The notes under the pieces: model-generated
Database searches by the model: none
Told to the model about the DNA's origin: nothing
The model's input: only the letters and a program-made list of their open reading frames with translations
DNA from: Gracilinanus agilis
Lineage: Eukaryota
NCBI RefSeq assembly: GCF_016433145.1
Contig: NC_058131.1
Location: 268,835,573 to 268,899,572, forward strand
Reading direction: 5' to 3'
Length of the DNA stretch: 64,000 bases
Part shown: piece after piece, positions 1 to 28,082 of the stretch
How the letters are laid out: every line of letters starts with the position of its first letter
Numbering within the stretch: the stretch's first letter is position 1
Translations under genes and position numbers: made by a program

Positions 1-160
1 TGGAATGGAAAGAACTATAGTTTAGTTGTCAGAGGAGTAACATTGCTAGTTACTGACTTTGTGAGCTTGAACAAGACACTTCCTATCCCTGGGACTTAAT
101 TTCCTCATCTGCAAAAGAAGGAGTTGGAGCAGATGATTTCTAGGGTCCTTTCTAGCTCCA
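1..160 (+). mobile_element. MIR-family SINE fragment
   Basis: CORE-like caagacacttcc...aatttcctcatctgcaaaa and ttctagggtcctttctagctc. Confidence 0.7.
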
Positions 161-628
161 CTTACTAATGATACTAATGCAGATGAGGAAAGCGAGATCC
201 AAAGAAGATAAAATGATTTGCTGTAATACAGGCTGATAATAGAAATAGATTCAGAAAAGATTTCAGTGCATTCAAAAAGAACAGATTTCCTAATGGGATG
301 AACCTAACTTTTTCATGAGATCTTCTTTGCAATAACCCCATTAGGAATGATTTTTTTAAAGAAACTTTCAAATAATGATCCAAACCTCACTGTGAAGAAG
401 TCAAGCACATTCACATGGCTGTTTACCTTTGATGTTGTCACTATCCTCATTCTTCCCTACACATGTCTTAGGTGTTCTTTCATAACACAACCCCTACTCT
501 GTTATCCCCAAACTGCTCTATTTGAATATTTGAGAAAAAAGGAAAACATTTCAATTTTAGTTTTTATCAGAGGCCTACCTGGTGCTAGATACCAAGGGAG
601 ATCTAGAGATTTAATAAGATGCAGCAGC

Positions 629-840
629 AGGGCAGCTAAGTGGCTCAATGGATTGAGAGTCAGACCTAAGAGATGGGAGATCCTGGGTTCAAATCTACCC
701 AGACATGTCCTAGCTGTGTGACCCTGGACAAGTCACTTAACACCATTTGCCTAGCCCTTACCGCTCTTCTGCCTTGGAACCAGGACTTAGTATTGATTCT
801 AAGACAGAAGGTAAGGGTTTTAATTAAAATAAATAAATAA
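629..840 (+). mobile_element. Marsupial CORE-SINE (SINE1_Mdo-like)
   Basis: tRNA-like head (gcagctaagtggctcaatgg, ggttcaaatc), core gtgaccctggacaagtcactt, tail gaaggtaagggtttt plus A-rich end. Confidence 0.85.
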
Positions 841-2716
841 CAAAGATTCAACAGCCCCTGCTTATCTTCAAGGATTTCACAGGGTAGTAAAGAAGCTATG
901 ACCTATGGCAGAGGAAGAACAAGATGAGGTCTGAACATTGCAGCCTCATGCCATGGAAGATTGTACCCTTTGGGTATCAGTGTCACTGGGGGCTTACATT
1001 GTAACATGTGCAACTGGGCCTCTTCACAATCAATTCCCACATGCTAGGGAGAGGGAGATTTCCTGGATTTAAAGCTATATCCATAGAATATTTTTAAAAG
1101 TCACATTAAAATTGTCTGAGATTGTACCCTGGGCAGCTGCCTGTTTCCCCTATCCCTGATGCCAAGTCACTACCTTGGACAAGTCACTTCCATTCTCTGG
1201 GTCCTAGTTTTTTTGTTTTGTCAAATAAAGGAGTGGAACTAAGTGACTGCCAAAAGAAAATGGAACACAATCAACCTTCCTTCCTGAAGCATCACAGCTC
1301 TCTGTTAGCCAGAACCCCAAGACACAGAGACCTGGATGCCTACATGATGATAATAACGGCAAATGTGGTCTAATGAAATAGCATTGATCTTAGAGTCAGA
1401 TGGCATAGATTCAGTTCCTTCCTCTGTTTCTAACTTCCTAAGTGGCCTGCACTGAGCATGACCAAGACCTAGGTAGGGAATGGCACTCCTGCCTGGCTCA
1501 GCCTGCCTTCTGGCTGCTTGGTACCTGTGACTTGTCTCAGACAAGTCACTATTCCAATGTTCTGGGTCTCAGTTTCTTTATTAATAAGATGAAAGAATTG
1601 AATAAGCTGATCTCCAAGTTTTCTCATCTGAAGTCAGTGAACCTAGTAATATCTAGTATCTATAAGGCTATTTAAAGTTTACATATTGTTTCAACTGCAT
1701 TGCCTTTTCTGTTTTACCAAGAGCATCCCTAGCTTTCCTCAAATGACTCTTCACTCTCACTTTGTGTGGCAATATACTGGCCAGGAGGCACATGGGGGTA
1801 AGCCCAAGGGATTGTAGACTTATAGGTTTTTATGCCATTACTTCTATGTCCCCCTTCTTTGCCCATGTCAGTTTTTAGTTTGAAAAGAGCCAGGACAGAT
1901 CTCCTAAGAGTGCTGTTTCTTTCCCACATGGATATGAAAAACTCCAAAGCCTTACAAGCATACCCCTCTCTTATGGGTGGGGGATGATATCTGCCCCCCC
2001 TTTTCCTTTTATCCATACTCCCACACCTAGCATATCCCCTAATCTACCTTAGATTTTCCCCCAGCCCAATTCTTTAATTCCTTTCTGACTTTGGGACAGT
2101 TACCTAGAATCAGTGATATTACTAATATATTCTACCTATATCTTGTGATATGAGGGATTGTGTGATGTTTCTTTTGTCTTTTTCCATGTGGAACACAGGC
2201 ATGCGTGTGCATATGAACGCATGCACACACACAGACACAAACACACACACACAATGTATTCTATGATGCCAGCCACATGATAGGTATTCAGTAATGCCTC
2301 TTGACTGCCTGAGAAAGTCTGGCAAGAGAAGAGCATTGCTCTTCTCCCCCATCAAGAGTAGCAGAATGTTAATGTCACTCTCCCTATTTCTGTACTTCCT
2401 GTATTTCCTAAAGCTTAATGGTCTAATTGCCTAAGAAAAAAAATTGTCTTAAATGAGAGCAATGGAATGGGACTGTTTGTCAACAGAATCTGTTGCCCAT
2501 GTGCAACATGCAAACTCTCTTTTATAATGACAAAAAACCCTCATTGAGACAGAAATCTTTCTTTAAAAGACAACCAGACTTTAGAACAGATGCCTTAACT
2601 AAAGCACAAGATATAGATTTGTCAATTGTTTTTTCCTCGGACTATAAGACACTTAATGAAGTTCCCCAGACCCCTTACTGGTTTTGGAAACTTGACTTCT
2701 GTCTTAGAAAGAAAAG

Positions 2717-2718
<2 letters not shown>

Positions 2719-2772
<54 letters not shown>

Positions 2773-2781
2773 TGTGTGTGT
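2719..2781. repeat. (TG)n microsatellite
   Basis: About 31 TG units, one interruption. Confidence 0.98.
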
Positions 2782-2927
2782 TGGGAATTGGATCTCTGAG
2801 GTGGGGATTGATCAGTAGGAAAGATATCAAAGAGGTACACTGAGAGTCTATGATAAGGCAACAGTAAGAGGTAGTTAGTGTAGAGCTAAATGTTTTCGAA
2901 GATATTTGTGTGTGTGTATATATACAT

Positions 2928-3163
2928 GTAGCTAGGTGGCACAGTGTATAGATTGCCAGGCCTAGAATCAAGAAATCTCATCTTCCTAAGTTTAAATCTG
3001 ACCTTAGATACTTCCTAACTGTGTGGCCTTGAGCAAGTCACTTCACTCTATTAACCTTAATTTCCTCATCTGTAAAACGAGCTGGAGAAGAAACAGCAAA
3101 CCACTCTAGTATCTTTGCCAAGAAAACCCTGAATGGGGTGATGTAGAGTCAGACACAACTGAA
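2928..3163 (+). mobile_element. MAR1-like SINE
   Basis: CORE followed by gctggagaagaaacagcaaaccactctagtatctttgccaagaaaacc (Bov-B/RTE-like 3' end). Confidence 0.8.
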
Positions 3164-3642
3164 TATATATTAAGTTATTATTTTATATAATTTTTATATA
3201 TGTACATATATATATATCTTAAGTACAAAGTACTTTTCTCACAAAAATTTTGGGAGATAGACAGCACAAGTATTAGAAACCCCATTTTACAAATGAGAAA
3301 ATTTTAATTTCTGAGAAACTGAGTAATGTCCATAGTCATGAAGCAAGTAAATGCCAGATCCAGGTTTCCTGAACCCAGGTTTTTAATGCCATGTCTAGTG
3401 CTCTTTCCACTGTATAACTATTCTTTGCCTTTAAAGGATCCTTATAATTCAGATCCAGGGCATAGGAGTATCATAAGGATCAAAGAGAGTGTTTTTGAAA
3501 GTATTTTAAATGTTAAATGCCACTTATGTCCAGTTTCACAATTGCATTGTTGTCATTATCAAACAAAATCTAAAACTCTAGCGTATTTAGGCCATAGGTA
3601 TTATGTGGAGGAGTGGAGACAGGACTTAGGGGAAGGGCCTGA

Positions 3643-21169
<17,527 letters not shown>

Positions 21170-22606
21170 GGCCTCCCGGAGCCGCCGGCCTAGTTACTAA
21201 CTACTAGGAGCGCTGGTCAGGACTGATGCCTGAGGACACTGAGGGGTCCTGCTCGGGAAGGCCAGAGGGAACGCCCCGTCCCCCGTCCTCCCGGCCCCCA
21301 GTGACTGCACATTGCCCCTACTCTCAGCCTTTCCCCCAGCACTGTGGGGCAGCTGCTGCCCCCGACTCCCTCCCTCCCCACACCCCTATCTTGGCACCCA
21401 GAGGGCAGGATCCCTGCTGGAAATAGGCACAGGGGGAGGTAGGACCAAGTGCCAAGACTTGGAGTTTCCTTGTGAGTAAGCCAAGGGTGAGAGGAGCTGA
21501 AATTGGGATTGGCAGTGAGAGGGACAAGCTGAATCCTCAGCAGGACAGAGGCAATTTGATCTCAGGGCCCAGGGTGGGTCCCATCCTGCCCAGGTTCTGA
21601 GTATCCGGCATCCCCTCTGTATGGTGTTTGGTTAAGTGAGTGATCCGATTATTCAAGAGCCAGGGTTGACCAGGCAGTGTGGTCTCCCGGGCAGATGCTG
21701 CCCCACTCCCACTCTACCCCAGCATAAGCCACGCCTTGGTCCTGCATTGGAAAGGCAGTGGGGAGAAAAATAAGAGGGAGGGGTGTTCCTCACCCCACAA
21801 ACTACATTGACTCCTGGAAGCAAAAGAGATTACAGAAAACCCTAAGGAAGGCCCTTGTTAACCTTATCTCCCTCACCCAGCTCAGTTCCTCTTCTATTGC
21901 CCCCTTCACCCTCTCCCACCCGACACAGGTCCTCTAAGACCCTGGACACATTCTCTCTCTCTCTCTCTTGCTCTACATGATACCCCAGCTCCGTTCTCCT
22001 GCAGCTGGCTCTGTTCCCCTCCCCAAAGTCTGCTTCTACCATTCCCCCAGCGGTTCGATTTTCCTCCTTTGCACACCCTCTCCATTCCTCTCCCTAGAGT
22101 TGGCCTCTGCTCCCTCCTGCTGGCTTGGCTCTCCCCTGGCTGGCTCTGCTACCTCTACACTGATGCTGTCCGCCTCCACCCCCTTGCCTCCATACTCCAG
22201 CGGCTGGGACTTCTCAGCACTGGATGGTCGTGCTCTGCCCCTCTCTCCCCCATTTTGGTTTCAGTCCTTGGAGGGCTGGATTCTGGGAGCTGAAATGAGT
22301 CCCTCTTTCCTCACCTCTTACATCCCCCAAATCCCTTCTTCAAGACTGCAGAGCTGGGGTGAGCCTCCAACGCCCAGGAAGGGAAGATTGTAACTCCACC
22401 TGCCTCTTGGTGTTGACCACCTGCCTCCCTCCCCTGAGCCAGGGCCACACCTCCTTCCTAGTACTCCCTGTGTGGGCTCTCCGTGTACAGCTGGGAGAGA
22501 GCCCTCCAAACAGGGTGTGCCACTCCAGAGAAGGGGTGCACCAGCCATCTCTGTGTACAGGTATACACAGATACTCTTCCTCCTCAGGGCACATGCATCA
22601 CCATTT

Positions 22607-22792
22607 TGTACGGGCATGTGCCTTTCTCGTGTACAGGCTTGAGCCATCCCTATTGTACAGGCTTATGCTGCTCCCATTCATGGTCCCCGTACCATTACTG
22701 TGTATAGCTACCTGTTATTCCTCTGTACAGACATATGCCATCCTGATGTATAAGCTTATGCCATTCCCATGTACAGGCATGTACCATGGTGT
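22607..22792. repeat. Degenerate 23-24 bp minisatellite, consensus about TGTACAGGCTTATGCCATYCCYN
   Basis: Unit starts at 22607, 22630, 22654, (22678), 22701, 22724, 22747, 22770. Confidence 0.8.
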
Positions 22793-23040
22793 TGCCAAAT
22801 TAATCATTATGAGCCTCGGTCTGTGTGACAGCTTTCTGATGCCTCCCTCTTCAAGACAGTCATCTCCCACCATCATGATCAGGGTTGGAGGCAGGGGGAT
22901 TCTCCTGGTGCCAACCTCCAAAGAATGTTCTGTCTGGGGAATCAAGGGACACAAGGATACCGAAGGGAACTCTTTGGGTCCTTCCCCCAAAGTATTATGT
23001 ATGTCACGGACTCAGCTCCACACAGGGACAAGGACAAAGG

Positions 23041-23381
23041 TCAGAGAGAACAGGATGGGGCTGGGAGGTTAGTGGTTGGGTTCTCCGAGGGGTCATACAG
23101 GTCAAGGGCTTGAGGGATGGGTCTCTTCACCCGACAGCGGGCAACACAGTCACAGCAGTTTCTACAGTTTCTACGTCGAGCCCGGAAAACAGTGAGCAAG
23201 GAACCAAGGATGAGACAGCCAACTAGACTGGCTAGAAATGAGAATGGTCCAAGTACACTGATGACCACCAGGTCCTGAGGGGTCATCGAGTGTGCACAAT
23301 AATTGAATGAAGCATCTGTGAGGGCAGCCATTGGCCTGAGAGTCAGTCGGTCTGGGGTCACACACAGCAAGGACTCTGTTC
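23041..23381 (-). CDS. LRRC26: LRRC26 exon 2 (LRRCT end, TM, cytoplasmic tail, stop)
   Basis: gtccctag|GA acceptor, phase 1; TGA at 23043-23041. Confidence 0.94.
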
Positions 23382-24241
23382 CTAGGGACACAAGGTAGCG
23401 GGAGTAAAGAATGGGGACAGTACTATTTCAAGACCCAGGTGTACCAGGCACACTCAGAATGGGTTTGGGGGCAAGATGGCAATCACCAAGTCCTCCATTT
23501 TTCTTCCATCCCAAGATTGTATCTTGGTTAGCCTGTCTCCCCTCACCACCACCCCAGACAGCCCCACCCAAATTCCTTTGGCCCTTGACCTGTAGCCCCC
23601 TTCTATTGTAGCTGACCTCTGTCCTCACCTGGGGCCTGGTGTGTGTGGCTACGCAACCAACGGCAGAGGGAGTGAATACTGCAGTCGCACACCCAAGGGT
23701 TCCCATGGAGGTTCAGTTCACGTAGGGAAGGCAGCCCATCGAGGACCCCAGAGCCCACATTAGGAAGCAGGTTATCCTGTAAGCTAAGGTTCTGCAGCAG
23801 TGGCAGAGAACCCAGCCACATGGGCTCCAATTTCATCAGCTGGTTTCCTGCCAGGGACAGGATGTTGAGGGCTCGAAGTGGCTGGAAAGTGCCAGGTTCC
23901 AGCACCCGGAGAGCATTGGCACTTAGATCTAGGATTCTTAGGTCCCTCAGGCCCCAGAAGGCTTGCACATGGACTGTCTGTAGTCCATTGTCTTGAAGCT
24001 CCAGTGAAAACAGCCAGGGTATAAGGGTGAAGGCCCCTGGGGGTAAGGAGCCTATATGGTTGTGGCCCAAGAGAAGAACTTGAACCCTAAGGCCCAGAAT
24101 CCTAGGCACAGAGTGTAGTTCCCTCCTAGAGCAGTTGACCTGCCTATCCCGCCCACAAACACACTTAGGAGGGCAGCTCCAGCCTGGGATGGAGGCTAGG
24201 GAAAGGGACAACACCACGGGCAGCAAAAAGGAGAAAGTCAT
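23041..24241 (-). CDS. LRRC26: Leucine-rich repeat-containing protein 26 (BK channel gamma1 subunit), 2 exons, 317 aa
   Basis: Signal peptide, LRRNT (CPPKCVC), LRRs (LxxLxLxxNxL), LRRCT (GNPWVCDC...C), single TM with GPxSFL and a juxtamembrane Arg cluster; tail-to-tail with GRIN1 as in human synteny. Confidence 0.95.
23629..24241 (-). CDS. LRRC26: LRRC26 exon 1 (613 nt coding)
   Basis: ATG at 24241 with an in-frame TGA 6 nt upstream; donor CAG|gtgagg, phase 1. Confidence 0.94.
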
Positions 24242-24420
24242 TGTTCAGCACCCTTCTGTCCCCCTGATCCCCCACCTCCAGAAGCAGCTCACCAGGGCAG
24301 CCTGAGCCAGAAAATGACCCTTAGGAGTCAGGAGGTCGTAGCTTGGAAAATTCCTCCTGGTGTCTTCTCTCCGAGCTTTCTGCCCATCTGTCTGTCTCTT
24401 TCGATTGTCACCTGCTTCTG

Positions 24421-24428
24421 CATAAATA
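24421..24428 (-). promoter_or_regulatory. TATA-like / forkhead (ATAAATA) element upstream of LRRC26
   Basis: TATTTATG on the minus strand, about 180 nt upstream of the LRRC26 ATG; matches the RTAAAYA forkhead core on the plus strand. Confidence 0.3.
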
Positions 24429-27400
24429 TTAACTCACCAGCTTAGAAGTTCTTGTAGATCCTGTCCTGGGACAGGATACTGTGGGTTGGGAGGGAAGCTC
24501 TGAGCAAACCAAGAAATTATACCAACCACCTGCTCCTGGGCTTGAGGCCAGTTCCACGTCAGCAAGGCTAAGTTTCTTAGTAAGCGCAGGAACACCTAAC
24601 CTGTCCTGATCAATGCTGGCTGGGAGCTGCATGCCCCAAACTCCCACATCATCTGTCATAGGACAACACCCAGGGCCCTAGGCCAGGGGCAATGCTCCTA
24701 GCACCACCCAGGTTTTGCCCTGTGGCCACTCAAGGTGAGATTGAAGATTTAGGAAGGGAGATGCCCAACTCAGTATAAGGCCCTCATGTAAGATGGGGAT
24801 GGAGGTGGAGATCAAAATCAAGGGACTAAGGGGTCAGTCCAAATCAGAGTTCGTTTTTCTTTCTCCCTTATCCTATTCTCACCAGTTCCCTGCCCCATAA
24901 AGGTAAAGGGGTAAGTAGGACCAAGATAACAAGTAGAGGGACTTCCCCCATCTCCATCTCCAGGACCTTTTTCAGAGAGAAGGTAGTCTGACAGTCTCCA
25001 ACCTTGGGGAGCAGCAGGGGTGACAGCCAGATCAATCTCTAGGTGAAATCTGATTCCAGACCTTGGACCCTATTCTCACCACCTCCTCCTTCTCAGGCTC
25101 CACAGCTCTGGTTGAGAAGAGTAGCAGGGAGGGCCTCTTTGAGCATTTGTGTCTGCATATGTCTCCACATGTCCTGCATGAACCATTTTGTGAACCTACA
25201 TATCTATATTGAGATAGTGTGGCAGCTCCATTTTTGCAGAAGTTTGTCCTTCACGAGTATGTGAGCCAGCTTGAGGGCATCTGCACAAGAAATGCTACGT
25301 ATTTCAGCCGAGATGCCTTTCTGGGTATAAACCTATGTCCGAGTCTCCGTGTGTCTGTCTATGAATATGAGAACCCACCAGTCTGTATGTCAGTGTGTCG
25401 CCCACATATCCAAAGCTATGTCTGGATCGTGTCTGAATATCTCCAAGTCTGAATGGGAACTAGTGTCTATCTGAATCTCTGTGAGTCCGTCTCTTTGTGC
25501 TCATGAAAAGTTTATGGGAATGTTTTTGGAGGCAAGGCTTGGCCCAGGCCCAGGGAGATGGGGGATGACAAGACCTAGCTGGTAATGGGGATATCAAGCC
25601 AGTTTTACTTCAGCTGAAACCAGTTTCCAGCATGTTTGATCCAGACCTGGGCGCCCAGGCACTCTAGCTTTGCTCCTCCAGCTATAGTCTCAGAAGCAGG
25701 GCCTGGCACAGACTGAACAACCATGGCTGTTCAGGTATTATCATTTTCATTGGCACACCCTATCTTGTGCTGGGTGGTTCATCTCCTGTTTGGGATAGAA
25801 ACAGGGAGGGGAAGAGAAACTAGGGAAATAGGGGCAGACAGGAAAAGGGGTTGGTTGGTCTCTGAGATTGAAGAGAGGGTGCTATGCGTGTTGAGAAGCA
25901 GAAACCTTTTTTGAGGAGATGGAGGGAGAAATTGTGCTTTCTCCAAAAGGATATGGGCAGTGGTGTTTGGGCATGGCAAAAAGCCATGGCAGAGAAAAAA
26001 GCCCTCACCCCCCCCCAACCCCCCCTCCCACTTTTAGTTGGAGCTGACTCCTACCAACTAGTGGTAAAAAAGAACAATTAAAGCTCCTCATTCATTCAGT
26101 CCATCTCAAGACATCACCATTGTAGCCAAGGCAAAAAGATGGGGACGATACTCCACAGATGCCCAGGCTGCCTTGGAACTTCACAAACTCAGACATAGAT
26201 ACCCACAGACTTGAATCCCTAAAGAGACTGACCCAGGCACTGACACACACAGGATTCCCAATCATCTATAAAAAGCAATGTATTAATTTTTGGCCTTCTC
26301 CCCATTGTCTCCTCCTCATTCCATCCTACTTCCTCAATCCATCTCCAAGGGTGGCTCTTCAAGGGACTGTTCTACTTTCTCCTCCAAGTCTAGAAACTCC
26401 AGAACTTCTTTCTCCATGTCTGGAAACCCCAGAATTTCTTCCATGATTTTAGGGACTTCCAGCAACTTGACCACCTCATGACTCTATGATACAGTCCTCT
26501 GAAGGCATATTTAAGGGGCTGGTTTCCACACAGTGTCCTGCCAATATGTTCTTTTGTTTCATTTTCACAGGTGTTGTGTGTTTGTGGCTTCCTTGTAGCA
26601 TACAGTGGGATGATGGGAGCATTTGAGAGTAGCTCCTCGTCACTAAATACTAGGATGATGTCCTGTGACTGAGTGAGTGGTTTCAGTCAAAGTCAGGGTT
26701 CAAGAGCAAGGAAGGAGCACATCTGGGCTGGATGCCCCTTCTCCTAGCAAAGGACTTTGGGTGCTCTTACAGTTCTAAGACTCATATCACAACATCATAA
26801 CAGAGATGTGGGGAAGACTCTGGCTGTCCCAAGAATGACCAAGTAGAGGAGAGCTCGACCTCCCCCAGAAGGCCAGTAGGATGTGCGCATAGGGAGAGAG
26901 GGTCATCAGAAAGTGAAGCTTGCTCTACTGGCCCTTTGGAGAGAAGGAAGAGTGAGAAGAACGAGAAGTGTCCTAATATCTCCCCTTCCCCTCAGATACT
27001 GCAGGACTACACCCTTGAGATAGGTCACCATTTAGTTTCCATAAAATTGAGTCCTTTGTTTCAGAGCCCTGTCATAGCCAGTGAGATACATAAAGTTGGG
27101 GAGCAGGCCCACTTTCCCAGAGAACCTTTTGCTCTCCCACCTACTGCCCACTTCAAGGACCAGAAGGACCCTGGACTGGATTTCTAGCTCAGAAGAGTAT
27201 TTCTTCTACCTCTCCCTGACATCTCCTCACACCCCCAAACATCCCTTTATATTCCATGCCACCCCTATGGTCCTTCCTTTCTCATGTGTCCCCTATACCA
27301 GTACTATATACTATCCTGTGTCCTCTCCATGGTCTAGCCCACTTTCACTCTCCCAGGAGTTCCATATTCCAGATCCTGCATACCTCCTACACTTCTATTT

Positions 27401-27931
27401 CCCTCTGTCATATAATCTCAATATCCTCCTTCCACATTACCATCATATCAGCTTCATATTCTCTACATAATCCTATATCCCATTCTGAGTGCCCCACCAT
27501 AATGCTCGGGCCACCTCCATATGCTAGCCTCCGCACCTAATCCTTGTTCTGCTCCCACATTCCATCTTCCCATATAATCTAATTAGTATCTCCATATTCC
27601 ATCCCCAATACTCCTACATTCCATCCGCCCTCGATCCCAATACCTTCTCTATATTTATCATCTATATAGTCTCCATACCTCCTTCCACCTACTTCCCACA
27701 ACTCCCCTGCTTCCTTCCCTCAGAGAGGCCCATATTCCTCCCTCATATCCTTCCCATCCTTACATGCTGCCCCTAACACTGACTTAGAGCACCCAATCCC
27801 CATTTGGAGGGCCCAAAATGGCCAGTGCTCAATTTGGTTGGGCTTGAGAGCCATGAGCCCCAGACTCTCTCCATCACCAATGCCCGGAGAGCCCGAGGCC
27901 CCTCCTCAGCTCCTGGCAGAGCCCCACACAC

Positions 27932-28082
27932 CTCTTGGTCCGAATAATGCCGACGACCACAAGGAGCAGTGCTGAAAAGCAGCTCACACTGACACCTCCG
28001 AGGACAATAAGCAGGGCAGTCAGTGCCTCCCGGCTGATGCCTAAACCACACTCACAGTGCTTTCCATCAACGGAGAGAGAAT
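27932..28082 (-). CDS. TMEM210: TMEM210 exon 2, 151 nt (DSLSVDGKHCECGLGISREALTALLIVLGGVSVSCFSALLLVVVGIIRTK)
   Basis: Clear similarity to the recalled TMEM210 [27 protein letters not shown] motif; branch gctaat, long polypyrimidine tract and ggttag acceptor; donor GAG|gtgtgt; syntenic position. Confidence 0.85.

Noticed and set aside
2493-2971. ORFs with CVCVCV / HTHTHT runs
   Set aside because: Translations of the (TG)n microsatellite; not coding
22766-22789. p53- or steroid-receptor-like element in catgtacaggcatgtacc
   Set aside because: Spacing is 4 nt rather than 3 for ARE/GRE, and the first p53 half-site has three mismatches; explained by the minisatellite
23382-23628. Possible intronic miRNA in LRRC26 (human MIR3621 lies here)
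   Set aside because: No convincing hairpin seen and no basis for homology
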